Shown one piece after another: positions 1 to 12,519 of a stretch of DNA of 41,282 nt. The stretch lies in contig CAJFCJ010000102.1 of NCBI GenBank assembly GCA_904063045.1, positions 1 through 41,282 of the forward strand. Reading direction: 5' to 3'. The translations under genes and the position numbers were made by a program. How positions within the stretch are numbered: the first letter of the stretch is position 1; each line of letters starts with the position of its first letter. The DNA is from Dimorphilus gyrociliatus (taxonomy: Eukaryota > Animalia > Annelida). The notes beneath the pieces are model-generated. The model was not told the DNA's origin and did no database searches. It saw nothing but the letters and a program-made list of their open reading frames with translations.

Positions 1-90
1 AATAAATAAATAAACTTGTTTAAAGAGAATATCTCATGACGTCAATGATAATATGCAAGTCGTTTTTAAGATCTTTTTGTCTTTATCTCT

Positions 91-114
91 AATCAATCAA
101 TCAATCAATCAATC
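91..114. repeat. (AATC)6 microsatellite
   Basis: Six perfect AATC units read directly. Confidence 0.95.
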
Positions 115-829
115 ATCCATCAATAGTTTCCCCACTTCCGTTCTGATTAGAACTCTTTAATTATATAAAAAACGAGTCTTGTAGCTTATTTGACGCAGGG
201 ATAATCCATACGTATAAACCATATTGATAAACTGATTATCCTTCACATAATATAAGGATATATCAAAGTATAAATGATGATGGATATTTTCGTTCGGAAG
301 AGAAAACATACGTTCCGCAAGCTTATTCTTTATCATCATCTCTTAAATGCGAAAATTTCATAGTGGTAAACAAACAAACAGCTTATCTATCAATCAATCG
401 ATGGATAGATATGCAAATTTATGTTGTATACCTAACTACCAATATATTTTGTTCTTAACTATCTTAGCTAAGCGATAAAATAAAGTCTTATTTCATTTCA
501 ATAAACTTTCAAGTGTATTTAATCTGCGACGAAAAACACACAATACAAAAAATTTACTATCTCAAGTTTCAGTTGAAAACGAGAGAGTTGAGATGTTAAC
601 TATTTCTATAGTCTCACGAATTGCATCTTAAGCACTCCAAAGTTTTGCTCTACTGCAGCAAACTTTGGGCAGATATATTAAGCCAACTGCAAGACCGCAT
701 CAGATTCTCATGACAAAAGCGTTGAGGTTAATAAAAGCGTAACCATTTAAAACTCTGAAAGTTGATGAGGTTGAAGCTGTATCTCGGAGATAGTATATAT
801 GGAGTGTCGTCAATCAGGTTAAAGTTGCT

Positions 830-1135
830 TTACGAAAGGCTTAACGTTCGGTCTATGATAAGAAAAGAATAATTAAAACTTGTATGAAATTACATATACA
901 AAAAGAGAAAGTAACATTCGACTTACCGACGAGGACATTGCCTTCAAATGCTTCCACTTTATGCGGCAAATTGCTAGCGACTAACACATAAGCACTGCTA
1001 ACTATGCTTGAAACTGTATTTCAATAAAATATATTAATTAATGGCATAATAAAAATGTTTTGTTTTCTTACCATTTAAAGTGTCTCCGTCGACGACCGGA
1101 ACGAAAAGGATGGTGATTGGTTTACACGTAGGTTA
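830..1135 (-). pseudogene. Spliced coding-like fragment of unknown protein (exons ~1135-1072, 1013-927, 852-830)
   Basis: Phase-compatible GTAAG...AG introns at 1071-1014 and 926-853 give PTCKPITILFVPVVDGDTLNG/VSSIVSSAYVLVASNLPHKVEAFEGNVLV/DRTLSLS*. There are stops at both ends and no family was recognised. Confidence 0.3.
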
Positions 1136-1899
1136 CTGTATTTTTGTGTATGAACTTTTAAGGGAGAAGAAGATGTCTGAAAGCAATTTATTAATGGTAT
1201 CCATTTTAGTTTTTCTAAAATAGGTTATAATCTATAAATTGTTGTATTTAATGCATGCTTTCGTAAAAGTGAGTGAAAAGTGACTTTTAGTTAGATAAAT
1301 TCAATTAAATTATTTTAAGCAAATAGACAGAATTTAAAATATTTTTAAAAATTGAAAAATATAGATAGTTTGAGCGGGTGATTTTACTATAAAAAGATTT
1401 AATTTCATTAAAAAAATACTATCAACACTTGTCTATTCTCTTTTTCTATGCCTCTAAAAGATAATTTGAGATTGATTTATTATATTTAATGTTATATTAG
1501 AGGTAGAAAATATGAAATTTTCGTAAATGTTGAACAGGATCTATAATATAATTAACAGTAATTCAATATGGATTTCATTAAAATTCTTGACAAATTTGCC
1601 TAGAAGACCATTTTTTTATCTATTCTACAATAGTTAGTATTGGAAACTACTAATTTACTAATAAAATGCCGGTAAACACACAATCGAATTGGCTTTGGCT
1701 AAAAAGAATACTTGAAGAATTATATATGGATGCCATTTTGAAAATGTTAGTTGACTCGTGCAATCACTCGCGATACGTAATATTCATATAATGATATATG
1801 AAAACAAATAATAAAAGTTATAGATTCAACGAAATTAATTACTTTTAAGTATTCAATATAATTTGATCAGTATGTTTGGAGAATGGTTCAACTATCGAC

Positions 1900-2470
1900 T
1901 TGGATTATTAATTATGAAAACAGGTGGATGTTGAGAGAATTAGTTAATTCTACAACGTTGAAAAATGGACAGATGGGTAGTAGTCAAAAGTCTTTAAAGT
2001 CTCTTTTATTGAGAGAGTAATTACAGATCGAGTGGAACGATTTGAGAAAAGCTATCGAAAACAAGATCATCTTGAGAGAGAACTAAAAGAAAGGAAAGCA
2101 AATGGAATTTGGAACAAATATTTAACAGCAATCATTCGCATGAAAGAACGTATTGATAACTCGCAGTTAGGACAATCTCCCATACCAGACATAGTAGAGA
2201 AAGTGATGAAAGAACCATCAAAAGAAGTTCCACATCAACGTAAGAATGATGACTACGGTTGTCAAATAGGCTTAATGATTTAACAGGCAATGTCTAACTC
2301 TCCTGAACAAGGTTGCCTCCCTCCTAAGAATGATAGGAGAGTCAGTGTGATATATAGGACTACATTGCGTCACTTTTTGTACCTTATAAAAGATTCAACT
2401 GGTGCTTGTTGTTACTATTTACAATGTAAAGTATTAGATTCTTTATATAAATGTAGCTGTATCTTTATGA
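1900..2470 (+). mobile_element. Degraded BEL/Pao LTR retrotransposon, RNaseH-integrase linker and integrase start
   Basis: ORF 2032-2283 has IRMKERIDNSQL..P, resembling the BEL 'IRV.GRL..S.L..P' segment. It is followed by QCLTLLNKVASLLR...IGLHCVTF, resembling 'CxxC..MA.LP..R..IG.D..GPF'. Confidence 0.4.
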
Positions 2471-2509
2471 TAACGTCATCTTTTCTCTTCTTAATACCTA
2501 TATAATGAA

Positions 2510-3560
2510 ACACAGGCCGGCTAGAACTTGATATCCGTTGATATAGGCGCCGTAAGCATCCTTATAGCTTCTACAACGAATCTTCCCAAAGGCAAACGCC
2601 TGGACGTTCAAAAGGTACCACCGCTATGTTGATCGGGTCAATACGATCATCGTATCTGAAAGCAGTACCCGGCCTGAGGAGAGAGGATCATTCGGAGAGA
2701 ATCATATTGATTGCGATAGTAGCTCCAGTAGTAGGACGAGCTCCTTTTTACCAGATGATTTTGTACAGAGTTGTGACGGTCTGCTTAAAGATTATTGCCC
2801 GTCCTGTAGTTATTTAAAACACGACGTAAGGACTACTCCGCATGCAATTAGTAACCACTGCAATCCGGTCTGGTGCGGTTGTCGAAACGAGATTTGACAG
2901 GAAGGATGCCCAGTCTGGCTGTATAGATGAAGCCAAGAGACGGTCAGATGCGGAACGCATCACCGAAATCACTGATTGAACAGCGGAGAAAGAGGAGGAG
3001 AATTAGTCAATTGTAGAGCCGTTCAAATAGTCTCATCAGTATTTGATACGTGATTTGGCGGTATTAACCAGAGCTACACCCACGAGAAACCGGATAGCGG
3101 GATCCTGAGCCTTAATTAGCCAGAAGACATGATCCACGTTTGAGGTGGACGAACTTACGGTTGCAAAGGTAAGCCACGACGGAAGTTAGAGATAATTAAT
3201 CACCAAATCGTCGCAAATGTCGTAGATCTTCCCAGGACTCTGGTTGACGGCTCTTAATGTATGCTCGAAGCAGAGATTGAAGAGAAGAGGGCTAAGGCCT
3301 TCTTCCGTGATCATCTGCGTATAGACATTGGTGTAATAGATGTTACGTATCAGGGCCACAAGACGGGTTGGGGTTCCGATGTGGAGGAGAGTCTGGAAGA
3401 TGCCTTTGCGAGGAATCGATAGGGAAAGGCCTGGACCACATCAACGAAGCTAATATTGAGTCCCTTTTTCTTCCTTTTATCGATGTTCCCGATCCGGATT
3501 CCAAAGGTCGTTGATCCAGCAGAGCTACAGATTCGGAGAAGTAGGCTGTTGGGTGGGTGA
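2510..3560 (-). mobile_element. Internally deleted R2/NeSL-type non-LTR retrotransposon (RT + CCHC region + restriction-like endonuclease), copy A
   Basis: Minus-strand translation gives GIFQTLLHIGTPTRLVALIRNIY...TEEG/LSPLLFNLCFE...DDLVI, FIYTARLGILP, RHNSVQNHLVK and LRP...INIAVVPFERPG. Confidence 0.85.
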
Positions 3561-3682
3561 GCAGAAGTTGAGCATTTGGGTTGATCCCGGATTGATTGGT
3601 TAGTTAGCTATTTAAGAAAAAAGTCTCCGGAGACGAACAGTACCTCCACCTATATGCAGTTGAACTAGTTCCAAATTCATTA

Positions 3683-3702
3683 TAGGGTTAGGTTAGGGTT
3701 AG
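3683..3702 (+). repeat. Short telomere-like TTAGG/TTAGGG motif
   Basis: TAGGGTTAGGTTAGGGTTAG read directly. Confidence 0.7.
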
Positions 3703-3729
3703 AGTTATCCATTGGTCTTTTTTCAGGGA

Positions 3730-5050
3730 GATGCAATTGCCATTGATTTTTATTCCAGATTTATCTTCCTCCGTTAGAACAATCAATGTCCCTCAATGCG
3801 TCTTTACACTAGGTGATCGGGATCAATTCTTGACGTATGATGATCAACAAAAAATATCGATTACAGAAGGGAGTCTACCTCCTTTATAACGGTGAGCATC
3901 TTTGATTATAAACAGGAGATTGAATCGTCTCCAACAGAGCTTACATCATTGCTATGCTCCAAATGGTGCTGATTCTTGAAATTGGAAGAATTGAACGAAG
4001 ATGTTCTAATGTATCAATGCGGTACTACGTTGAGGATGAACCATTCAATCTTAGAAACAGGGCAAACAGTAACATTGGAGAGTGGAAACTATGTTTGGTT
4101 TGCCAGAATTCGGGAATCTATAAATTAACCATGACATGTTGAGCATAGCGGAGATTTTGAACGAAAGATTGACAGAGCCATGAACCTGAACAATGCATGT
4201 CTTGTTGTAGGTATTAACTTATTGTATTCCTTTAATCGTCCTATGTATGACAATCCATCTGGCGAACATGGTGTCAATCCTCTGTGACGGGCGGATTGGG
4301 TCTATTCAAGCTCGCGGACAAACTCCCCATTGCGCAAGCTTCTCAAGTCTCCCAACTGCTAATAAACTCTACGGAAAAAACGTCAACAGTTCTCGTTGGG
4401 CAATGTTCACAAGGTGATATCACGAAAATTAAGAAGGGAATTCGAGGCCAGGGTACAGGAAATGTTGTAGTTCTTATACAATTACCGGAAAGTACCCTTT
4501 ACCTGCAAATCCTCTGCACATAAAACAATGATTAGCCGCGAAAATTAAAGAGTCTATACCCTGTCGAATGGTATTGGGAAAGGAAATTGAACGCAAAGCA
4601 AAACAGGATCAATCCCAACAATCAATCCTTTAATGTCTATCACGCTAAAGCAGCCTACAACGCCAACAAATGTAAGCTCTGTACGCTCGCCGAACAAGGG
4701 AAGACCCCTATCATCCAGCCAACACCGCCTTCATCAAGACAGGATTGTAGAGAAGATTATTACTCGAGGCCCATGCAAGAAACAATAATAATCCATCTTA
4801 ATTCAATTCTCCATAGGTTCGATAATAGCCATTCAACCATCCACCTGCAGAAGATCCCAGAATAACGGCACGCCTGAAACACTTCCAATTGTACTGCAAA
4901 CATCTGTCTCGTCCAGGCTAGATTGGAAAAGGCTATTCGACTGGAGGAGGGCAATACTCTAATGGCCAACCACACCGAAGAAAGTTCCAATAATTCCGCT
5001 CGCTCGTTTCATCACTAAAGGTAACAATTATACGACGGTAAATGATGTAA
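3730..5050 (+). mobile_element. Heavily degraded non-LTR (LINE) pol fragment
   Basis: Relic motifs occur in the expected order: IAIDF (RT3-like), GSLPPL (RT4-like), GGLGLFKLAD (post-RT GGLG motif) and KCKLC (zinc knuckle). Many stops and frameshifts. Confidence 0.5.
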
Positions 5051-5209
5051 CAATTGTATTCGAAAGATTTTGAAGACGCGAACAGAAAGAAGAAAGAGAA
5101 AATAAAAGTATTACCCAACATTGATTAATTTACCTAAATTAAGGGACGGCGACCGGACTAAAAAGATAGAGCGATGAAGAAGAAACGGAAGAAGGAAGTA
5201 AAAACGTGA

Positions 5210-6990
5210 AAAAGTGGTTATATAGATAAGGATTGGTATTGATCTCTCCGCTTCAATTAACTCTATTAACTAGCTCATCAATTTCTGCATTCTCAGGTGA
5301 AAACGATTGCTAAAAATGAAACTTACCAAATAAATATTCCGATTGTCGGTCTAATAATCATTTCAACAATTTTCTCTTCATGATCCTTCTGTTTAAAATG
5401 AAAAGGCCATCTACTATCTATACGAAATTTCATTTGAAAACACATATAATATATATATATTGCAGTCATCATTCATTTTTAAGACAGTCCTTTAAAAATA
5501 ATCACAAAAATGATGCATGATTATTTGAGAAACTGCAAAGCATCTGGAGCGTATCGCTTTAATTTTCATTATTTGATAACATTAAAAGCTGTTTCCTTCC
5601 TAATCGATGATAGCAGAGATCTTCTACATTTGTGTCAAAATGATAATCTATGTAAGACTATCAAAAATACAGAGAACTGAAAACGTTCAACTTATAAATA
5701 ACTTTGAAGAAGAGTTCATCGATTCAAACTCAACTGCAATTTAAATACGAAAAGTTATACACTTAAAAATGTCACATTAATTCAATCGCATCTCGAAACA
5801 GGCGTTCCAACCGCAATAACTAAATTAGTATCATTCGGAAAAAGTCGACAAATCAGTTAAAACTACATTCCAGTCGATTGCAGTAGCTAACCGACAATTC
5901 TATTTATTACCGAGATACTTTTAAAGGCGATAAAAGCTAGTCATTTACTGCCTACAGTTTATACTTTTTCAAACGGCGTAAGCTTGAAAAGGCCAGTTGT
6001 TTGATGAATGATAATCAAATAACAATAAAAACAAATATAGACGGTGATAAATGATTTATTGATTCCAAAGTCTGCCTTGTAATAATCAAATCAGTAAACA
6101 AAGAAACAATTTCACAGCTCACGATGTCACACATTAATGTTGAACTTGTTGTTAAGTCGAACTTAAAAAAGTCCAACCCGGTTGAAAACCATTGAGGATA
6201 TCAACCACAAAATGTAAGACATCAATGAATGGAACAAAAAGCCCAAATGTTCTGCCGTTCGCTAGTTCAAACGAGATTCAAGTCTATTCATCAAAGCCAA
6301 GAAATTAAACTTTGTGTAGGAGAAAATCCTGTTTCGAAAGAAAAATAAAAATTAATAATGAAATTCCTGATAAATAAAAGATATAAAGATGCGACGATCA
6401 ATACTTACTTATTACAAGACATTGAGAAGTGATTTCCAAATCTGGTCGTCCTGACTACTGAAAGTCACGAGTTTTGTCTAGACATACGTAGGTGGGAAAC
6501 TTCCATGGCGAAAAACGTTCAAAGCGCGTTCTCAATGACAACATGTTACTAAATGCAAGTAAATCGAATTCACTTTTTCACATGTTGGCAGGTCTTTGGA
6601 ATCAAATGTCAATTATAACCGCCCTTCATTCTCTTTGAGAAGGCAGTTCATAAAAAAACTACTTTCTCAAATCAGCCTTTTTGCCCTGATTATTTTAAAT
6701 TAAACATTCAATGATCTACGTTTAATTGTTAGTCTTATTTATATTCACATACCTATTCACCAATTTGTCACCATTCCAACAAAGTCATCGTTCTTCATTG
6801 ACGTCTAGGCGGAGATGCTGCTTCATCGGCGGCTCGAGCAAAAAGGAAAGATTAACCGTCCGCAATTACAGTCCTCCTTCACACATACACTAATCAAAAT
6901 TTTCCAAATTAGTATATCAATCATGGACGCTTGGTTGTTTTTCTATATATTTGTATATTAATACTCAATATTCGCACCATTTTTCTTTCC
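5210..6990 (-). pseudogene. Pseudogene copy U1 of an unknown multi-exon gene family
   Basis: Intron ~6408-6330 (GTAAGT...ACAG) is conserved with copy U3. Exons translate to ERAL..FPPTYV*TK..SQDDQIWK and ELANGRTF..FIDVL..VD..NGFQPGWTF/KFDLTT..IVSCEIVSLFTDLIITR, with stops and frameshifts. Confidence 0.65.
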
Positions 6991-7722
6991 AATATTAGTA
7001 CTCTATCGTCTCTTGATTTCTTTGTTTTATCGTTATTTTCGAATGTTTATCAAAAATCTATTATTGAACATATTTATGTTGGAAATCGCAACAGAATATG
7101 ATCAATTTATTTCATAAAATGCAATTTAACGATAATGTATTTTTTTACGAAAGTTTTCACGTCCCTCCAATATTTAAATGCTTTTAAAACTTTAATAATC
7201 ACTTTCTACTTTCAAATGCAATATTCAATAGGTTTTAATGATGAAATATTTTGTTAGCAGTCAATATTTTGGAATGAGTATGACAGAACTTTACAAAAGT
7301 GTAGCATTAATAAACTGAATCGTTATTTTTAAAATATTGACGGTTTCAGTAGGCAAAGTTGACATTTCGAAGGTTATTCCATTACAAATACGGCAAGTTA
7401 GAGTGTAATTATATAGCTGAAATATTATAGAATATAATGAATATACAATATTGTTATGATTCACTCGATTTCAACGTATTATTCTGTTTTAAAACGGAAG
7501 ACATCAACGAATGATCGATTGTGACGTCATTCAGTCACTTTGAGATGACACGTGCTTTTTTCATCATCGAATTTCTTGGAAGTCGTAACACATTTGATAA
7601 TTGTAAAAATATTTTGCTGTATATTGAGATAGATAGTACCTGGCTTGTATCGTCATAGAGCTTAAAATGATGAAGATTTAATTAAAATTGAAAGTTTTAT
7701 TATCGCCGCCATATTTAAATTG
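5714..7722 (+). repeat. Direct segmental duplication, copy 1 (partner 13481-15492)
   Basis: About 11 differences seen over 5714-7595 versus 13481-15366. The last ~130 bp and the left flank (5210-5700 vs 12520-13220) are clearly more diverged. Confidence 0.95.
7515..7722. promoter_or_regulatory. CRE/E-box/YY1 cassette, copy 1
   Basis: TGACGTCA 7522-7529, CACGTG 7549-7554, GCCATATTT 7708-7716. A minus-strand donor CCAG|GTACTA lies near 7640. Confidence 0.7.
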
Positions 7723-7759
7723 TTATCTAAATAAAATCATAGTTATTATCAAGTATTCT

Positions 7760-9811
7760 TCAAGGATTTACATGACAAACTTGAACATCATGTAAAATAT
7801 CTTGTCGTGCAATCAGAATGTTAAAAAATATTCGCTTAACAAATTGAAAAGTTGGATTACATTGAAATATATAAGTGTTCAATTGGTCAATAGATTGAAT
7901 AGTGTCGTTTAGTGAACAATAGGTCTTTATCATATCGTCACTTTCATAGTGAAATTTGACATTAATATAGACATTTAAGGTATGATGATGTCTTAAAGTT
8001 ATTGTAGGATTGGACTGATTGAAAATATTAAAAGATTTTGTAGAGAGAAGACGCTCTTGAATAGTCAATTCTCTTCTTCCTATAACTGCACAAGTTTCGT
8101 ACAGATGATCAACAAGAGCATGGCGAAGAGACGGGCAAAGCGTATCATTTTCGAAGCTGATCACTCTTCCATCTGTAAGCGTGAAAAATAATGATAAGAA
8201 CAGGGAGATTTGCAGTAGGGAATGGACTAAAGATTAAACCTGTATCATAAACACGGAATAGTTGAGTAGAACTATGAAAATTATTAAGAATATTAATCCC
8301 AGAAATGACGAATTGATGATTAAGATAAAGATTAAATAGAGAATTAAAATGATATTGAATTCCAGTCCCAATTGAAATTTTCCCATCTGAAAAATCAATC
8401 CATAAATCATTCCAAACCTTACAATTCCATCTGTTTTCATTGTGAATAGGAATATCTTTATAATTGCCCGTTTCCAATACAATTACTTGTTGATTGTCGA
8501 TTGTGGAAGATAAACGCATAGTAAGAACTCTTTCACCATCTTCATTTAGAAGCGTTACAATAGAATTCCTACAGTAAATATCATCTCTTTTATCGAAGAT
8601 ACCAAAGCTAATCGCTGTCGATTTAATTGGTAAATAAAAGTTGGCGCTATCCTCAGCTTCTATTCCAAACTTCCTGTTCGGTTTTACTAGAATAATACAG
8701 TACATTATGTACACACTGTATATATACAGTATTGTAATTAGGACAATTCTTTGGACACTTACATTGTGCAAAAACCTCAACAATTGATAATCCATTGTCG
8801 AATTTGTAATAGAATTGTGTAAACGTTAATCTTACAGAACCTTCTATATTCTTTCCTCCGTAATACAAACAAACTCGACCACTATACGGTAAAGCAAGTT
8901 GCTGAATGCTTCCGAAACTCCAAGTGATAGATAAGCCTTTTGCTGTTCGCTGCATAGCGTAGCTGTTAAAGAAAAGAAAAACAACGATAAATATCCTAAT
9001 TGATTGATTGGTTGATTGATCCATACCGATTTGCGGTACAAAGTTTCATTGGTCGTATCTTATATGGAAATGTAACAAGTATATTATGACCATAACAATT
9101 ACCCTGTCGACATAATACAGCCCAACCATGAAGCTGACTTGATTTTATGAAAATAGGCTAAAGCATAGATGCATTTCCATTTAGAATTGTATTCATGAGA
9201 AGATTGACAAGTTGCACCAATAAACCTATTAGCAACATTCGTATAGTATAAATCATTATTATCTTGGCCATTATCAATTGATTCTGAAATGATAGTTATG
9301 CTTTTGAATACAATCAATCTAAAACAACTAGTTATACCGTCGTATGCATAGGCTATAATACTACTCTTTCAAAGTATACTTTAGCACTTGTTCCCTTACT
9401 AAATTGAACAATAGCAACGTCTATATGATAGATAGAGTCAACGAATCTTTGACTTAGGCATATTTCAGTAATATCGTAAGATTTTGAAAAGTCTATCCGA
9501 ATATATTTGGACGTACAAGTTTCTTTATTTGTACAAGAACTAGCCCATTCTGTTGATGATTCCCATAAAGGTTTCATTGCATTTTCGCACAAAGTATGTT
9601 CGTTAAACGACGAGTTTGTTGTACAAGATGAACCATACTTTTCACTTACAATATTTATAAGATTACCACCTGAAATTGTTAAAAAACAACAACAACAAGA
9701 GATTTATAGGAAATTCACTGATAATCCTAATCGTTTACCTCTTTGATATGGAAAAATTGATGATATCTTGATAGAGATAATTAGATATAGTTTGAAAATT
9801 GCTATTATCAT
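7760..9811 (-). pseudogene. Secreted protein gene with two discoidin/F5-8 type C-like domains and a farnesoic-acid-O-methyltransferase-like (Methyltransf_FA) domain; frameshifted
   Basis: Exons 9811-9739, 9669-9380, 9318-9027, 8962-8763, 8686-8240, 8172-7760 with 61-76 bp GT-AG introns. Signal peptide MIIAIFKLYLIISIKISS; repeats NIVSEKYGSSC..CENAM and NVANRFIGATC..CIYAL; WIDFSDGKISIGTG motif. +1 frameshift at the GGG run 9102-9104 and a probable second one near 9310. Confidence 0.75.
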
Positions 9812-10646
9812 TCTCCTTTGGATAAACTATACGAAACGACTGATCTCTTCAGTGTTCTAGTTAATATTTCACAGTTGAAACCAGCGAATATTATATTCAA
9901 CAGCATTTCTTATTTATATATACAGTCAATAGGCCAATAGTTGAATTATTTAGATCTGCATACTAAGAAGTAGATTGACCTTCTGGAATCTAGCTATTCT
10001 CCTTGGATATTTTTTTAAATATTTAAACTAAGTGTCTCTTTCTCTTCTGCTTCTTCACGATACTTTCAATTAACTTTCAGGAGAAATAGACCTGCTTACG
10101 GTTCTCGTTGTAGAGATGTACTGTTCCTCAGTTCTTTCTGCTTGAATCTCTGACAATAGGACAATTCAAAGATAACACTTTTATACAATAAACATAATTA
10201 GAACCTTTAATTGAATTTGTTCTTTTTTTCAACTTTTCTCGACTCAATCGAATTTTAGAAAGGAGAAAAAGTGCTTATTACACTATATAGCATTTACATT
10301 CATGCGATTTTCTTTGACGATGGCTGTAGGTGAACAAGAGCATGGATTTGAAGAGAAAGTCTGCTCAATCATCCTGTAATTAATAATGATATTATCTAGG
10401 CATAAATCAATTGGAAAGTTCAATTTCTACAGTCTAATACAATGAGAAGATTATGGGGAAAATCTTTCCAAAAGAGAAGATGACTCGAAGAAGAAGAAAA
10501 GAAATGAGAGAGAGAGATTTTGAATATAGTCCAACTAAAAAAAATGACAAGGATTAAATGATCTGAACAAAGCAAACTGTTGAAAATGGAATTGTTGTAT
10601 AGCATCTAGTAATAAACAAGACAATTGTTGCTATTTGAAATCAACG

Positions 10647-11232
10647 TTAATCCTTGACACTTTCATCAATGAACAGTAGGCCTTCTTCATTTTCAACGTC
10701 AGGCTCGGTGTTGTGTGGTTGAAGCTTTTTCGTTGTATAACAAAGCTTCATCTTATCGCATGTATGATTGTGTTCCTTCCGTAGATTCGTAACGACAAGG
10801 AAATTTCCAGTCGAGCCGGCAAACAGAGTAAATCCAGCCTTGCAGTCGGTTTTTCTTGTCCTGCGTTTGTTGAAAAGAGTATATAAAATAAATAGGAAGA
10901 AGAAGAAGAAGAAGAAGAAGAGTAGCACCTTTGTTTACGGATTCCTCTGCCTTTACTTTCGTAGGATCCCCACCTCTCGCACCGATATTTCACATAGGAA
11001 TATTTAATGTCATCCCTGAAGATATTGGAACAAAGATGAAAGCAATGAATAGTGAATTATAGTGATTATTGATACTTGAAATGTCTTAATGGCGCTTTCT
11101 TCCTGCCCCTTTCAAGGGTTGTAGAGTCAACGACGACGAAATGGCATTTTCCCTCCTTTTCGTATGAACTCAATGCAGAGAGAAAAGATTGAAACGACGA
11201 ATATTTGCTGCCTTCGTTAAGTTCTTCGTCCA
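10647..11232 (-). CDS. ZSWIM3 N-terminal / FAR1-type (MULE transposase-derived) DNA-binding domain protein; 5' exon uncertain
   Basis: Exons 11232-11076, 11015-10929 and 10860-10647 splice in phase (60 and 68 bp introns). Product: ..YSSFQSFLSALSSYEKEGKCHFVVVDS..IKYSYVKYRCERWGSYESKGRGIRKQRTRKTDCKAGFTL..LVVTNLRKEHNH, matching the F.SF..F..A...Y / Y.C..G....G.G.R / C.A / HNH pattern. Confidence 0.8.
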
Positions 11233-11403
11233 CTTCAAATATTCAAATATGAAAGAAAAATGAAAACATTTCAATATTTGAAAAACCGTCTCTGCCGGAT
11301 GTTGTTTTTTTATTGTTAAATATAATTAAACATTCCTACTACAACGGCCATTATTAATCTATTCAATGTTATCCTATATTCATTTCAATTTAAAACAAAC
11401 TTT

Positions 11404-11848
11404 TCAATGGTTTTCTCCTACAAAATTCGCAATTTCACAATATCTCAGCTTCCAACTGACAGCCAGGGAAACGTTTCCTCCCGCCAATGTTGAAACAACT
11501 ACTTCCGGTTTTATACTATTCCACCCATCCCCCTCCCCCTCAAGTGTTTTGGTACAATTAATAACTGGATTGGAAAGGATGAATTCAATTGAAGTGTGCA
11601 TACTAACCGTAAAAGGTTTTAAAAAACACTGCAAAACTGGAAAACTATCATTTTCAAGTACCATCAACTGCCGCACTTTTAAGTTCATAATACAATGGAG
11701 CGTCATTATCACATTTTGTAAGGCAAACACATAGTTGATTTGTTTGGCATAACATTGTTTTGAAATGAGAGATAACGGAATAAGTAATGATAACATCGTC
11801 AGGATTCGATTGTTCTAATGTTCGAAAGTTTCGAATATCGGCGGCCAT
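11404..11848 (-). pseudogene. Unknown ORF starting MAADIRNF at a YY1-overlapping ATG; frameshift near 11660
   Basis: AAATATGGCCGCCGA at 11852-11838. ORF 11848-11654 continues in a second open frame to the stop at 11404. Confidence 0.4.
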
Positions 11849-12519
11849 ATTTGAAATGATGGCAGGCAAAGTTGTATATATATCATTATACGATAATCGA
11901 TTGATAGGAAGAAAATCAACTAGAATGGAATGATTGCCATCTTCGTCTATCGTATTGTTGTAGTGTCAACGTTTAATGTTAGTCCTTAGAAACTAATATT
12001 ATAAACAGGGAGGAAGGATCTCTTACATCAATTCCCACTCAACTATCCAAAGATTACGAAAACAGTTAATCAACTAAAATCAAATGGATTTAGATAATCT
12101 AAATGAAAACGTAAAAAGAGTTTATAAATCCCTTTTCATTCTAATGAGATTGAAAAGAGCGCAAAGAGATTTTAGTTACAAAATGCGTCCGGAAAGGGAA
12201 GAATGTAGCCGTCATATTAGCCTTTCAAAAAATCCTCCATCTCCAATGACAATAAATCTTTACAAACAAAAGAGACGCCTAAACGATTTTTAATCCCTTT
12301 TATCCACTGATCATATATAGAAATACTAATAATTCATAGGAACAAATTTGTGCTGTTCCATAAACGCTTTACAGCTCATTTCCTATGAGTAATAAATCTC
12401 TTCTTAATTTATATCAACATTAAACAATTATAATGGCCTAAAAAATTAAGTATTTATACATTTAGATAAAAAAGCCATTAAAATGCATATTAGATATTGG
12501 AAGCTAATCATCAAGAAGT

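Noticed and set aside
6430-6500. Conserved, hairpin-forming segment (TGACTACTGAAAGTCA; GACTTTCAG on the minus strand recalling the telomerase RNA pseudoknot), considered as a structured ncRNA
   Set aside because: No template sequence nearby. The segment and the next exon translate into a consistent protein frame across copies with synonymous changes, so a pseudogene exon is the simpler explanation.
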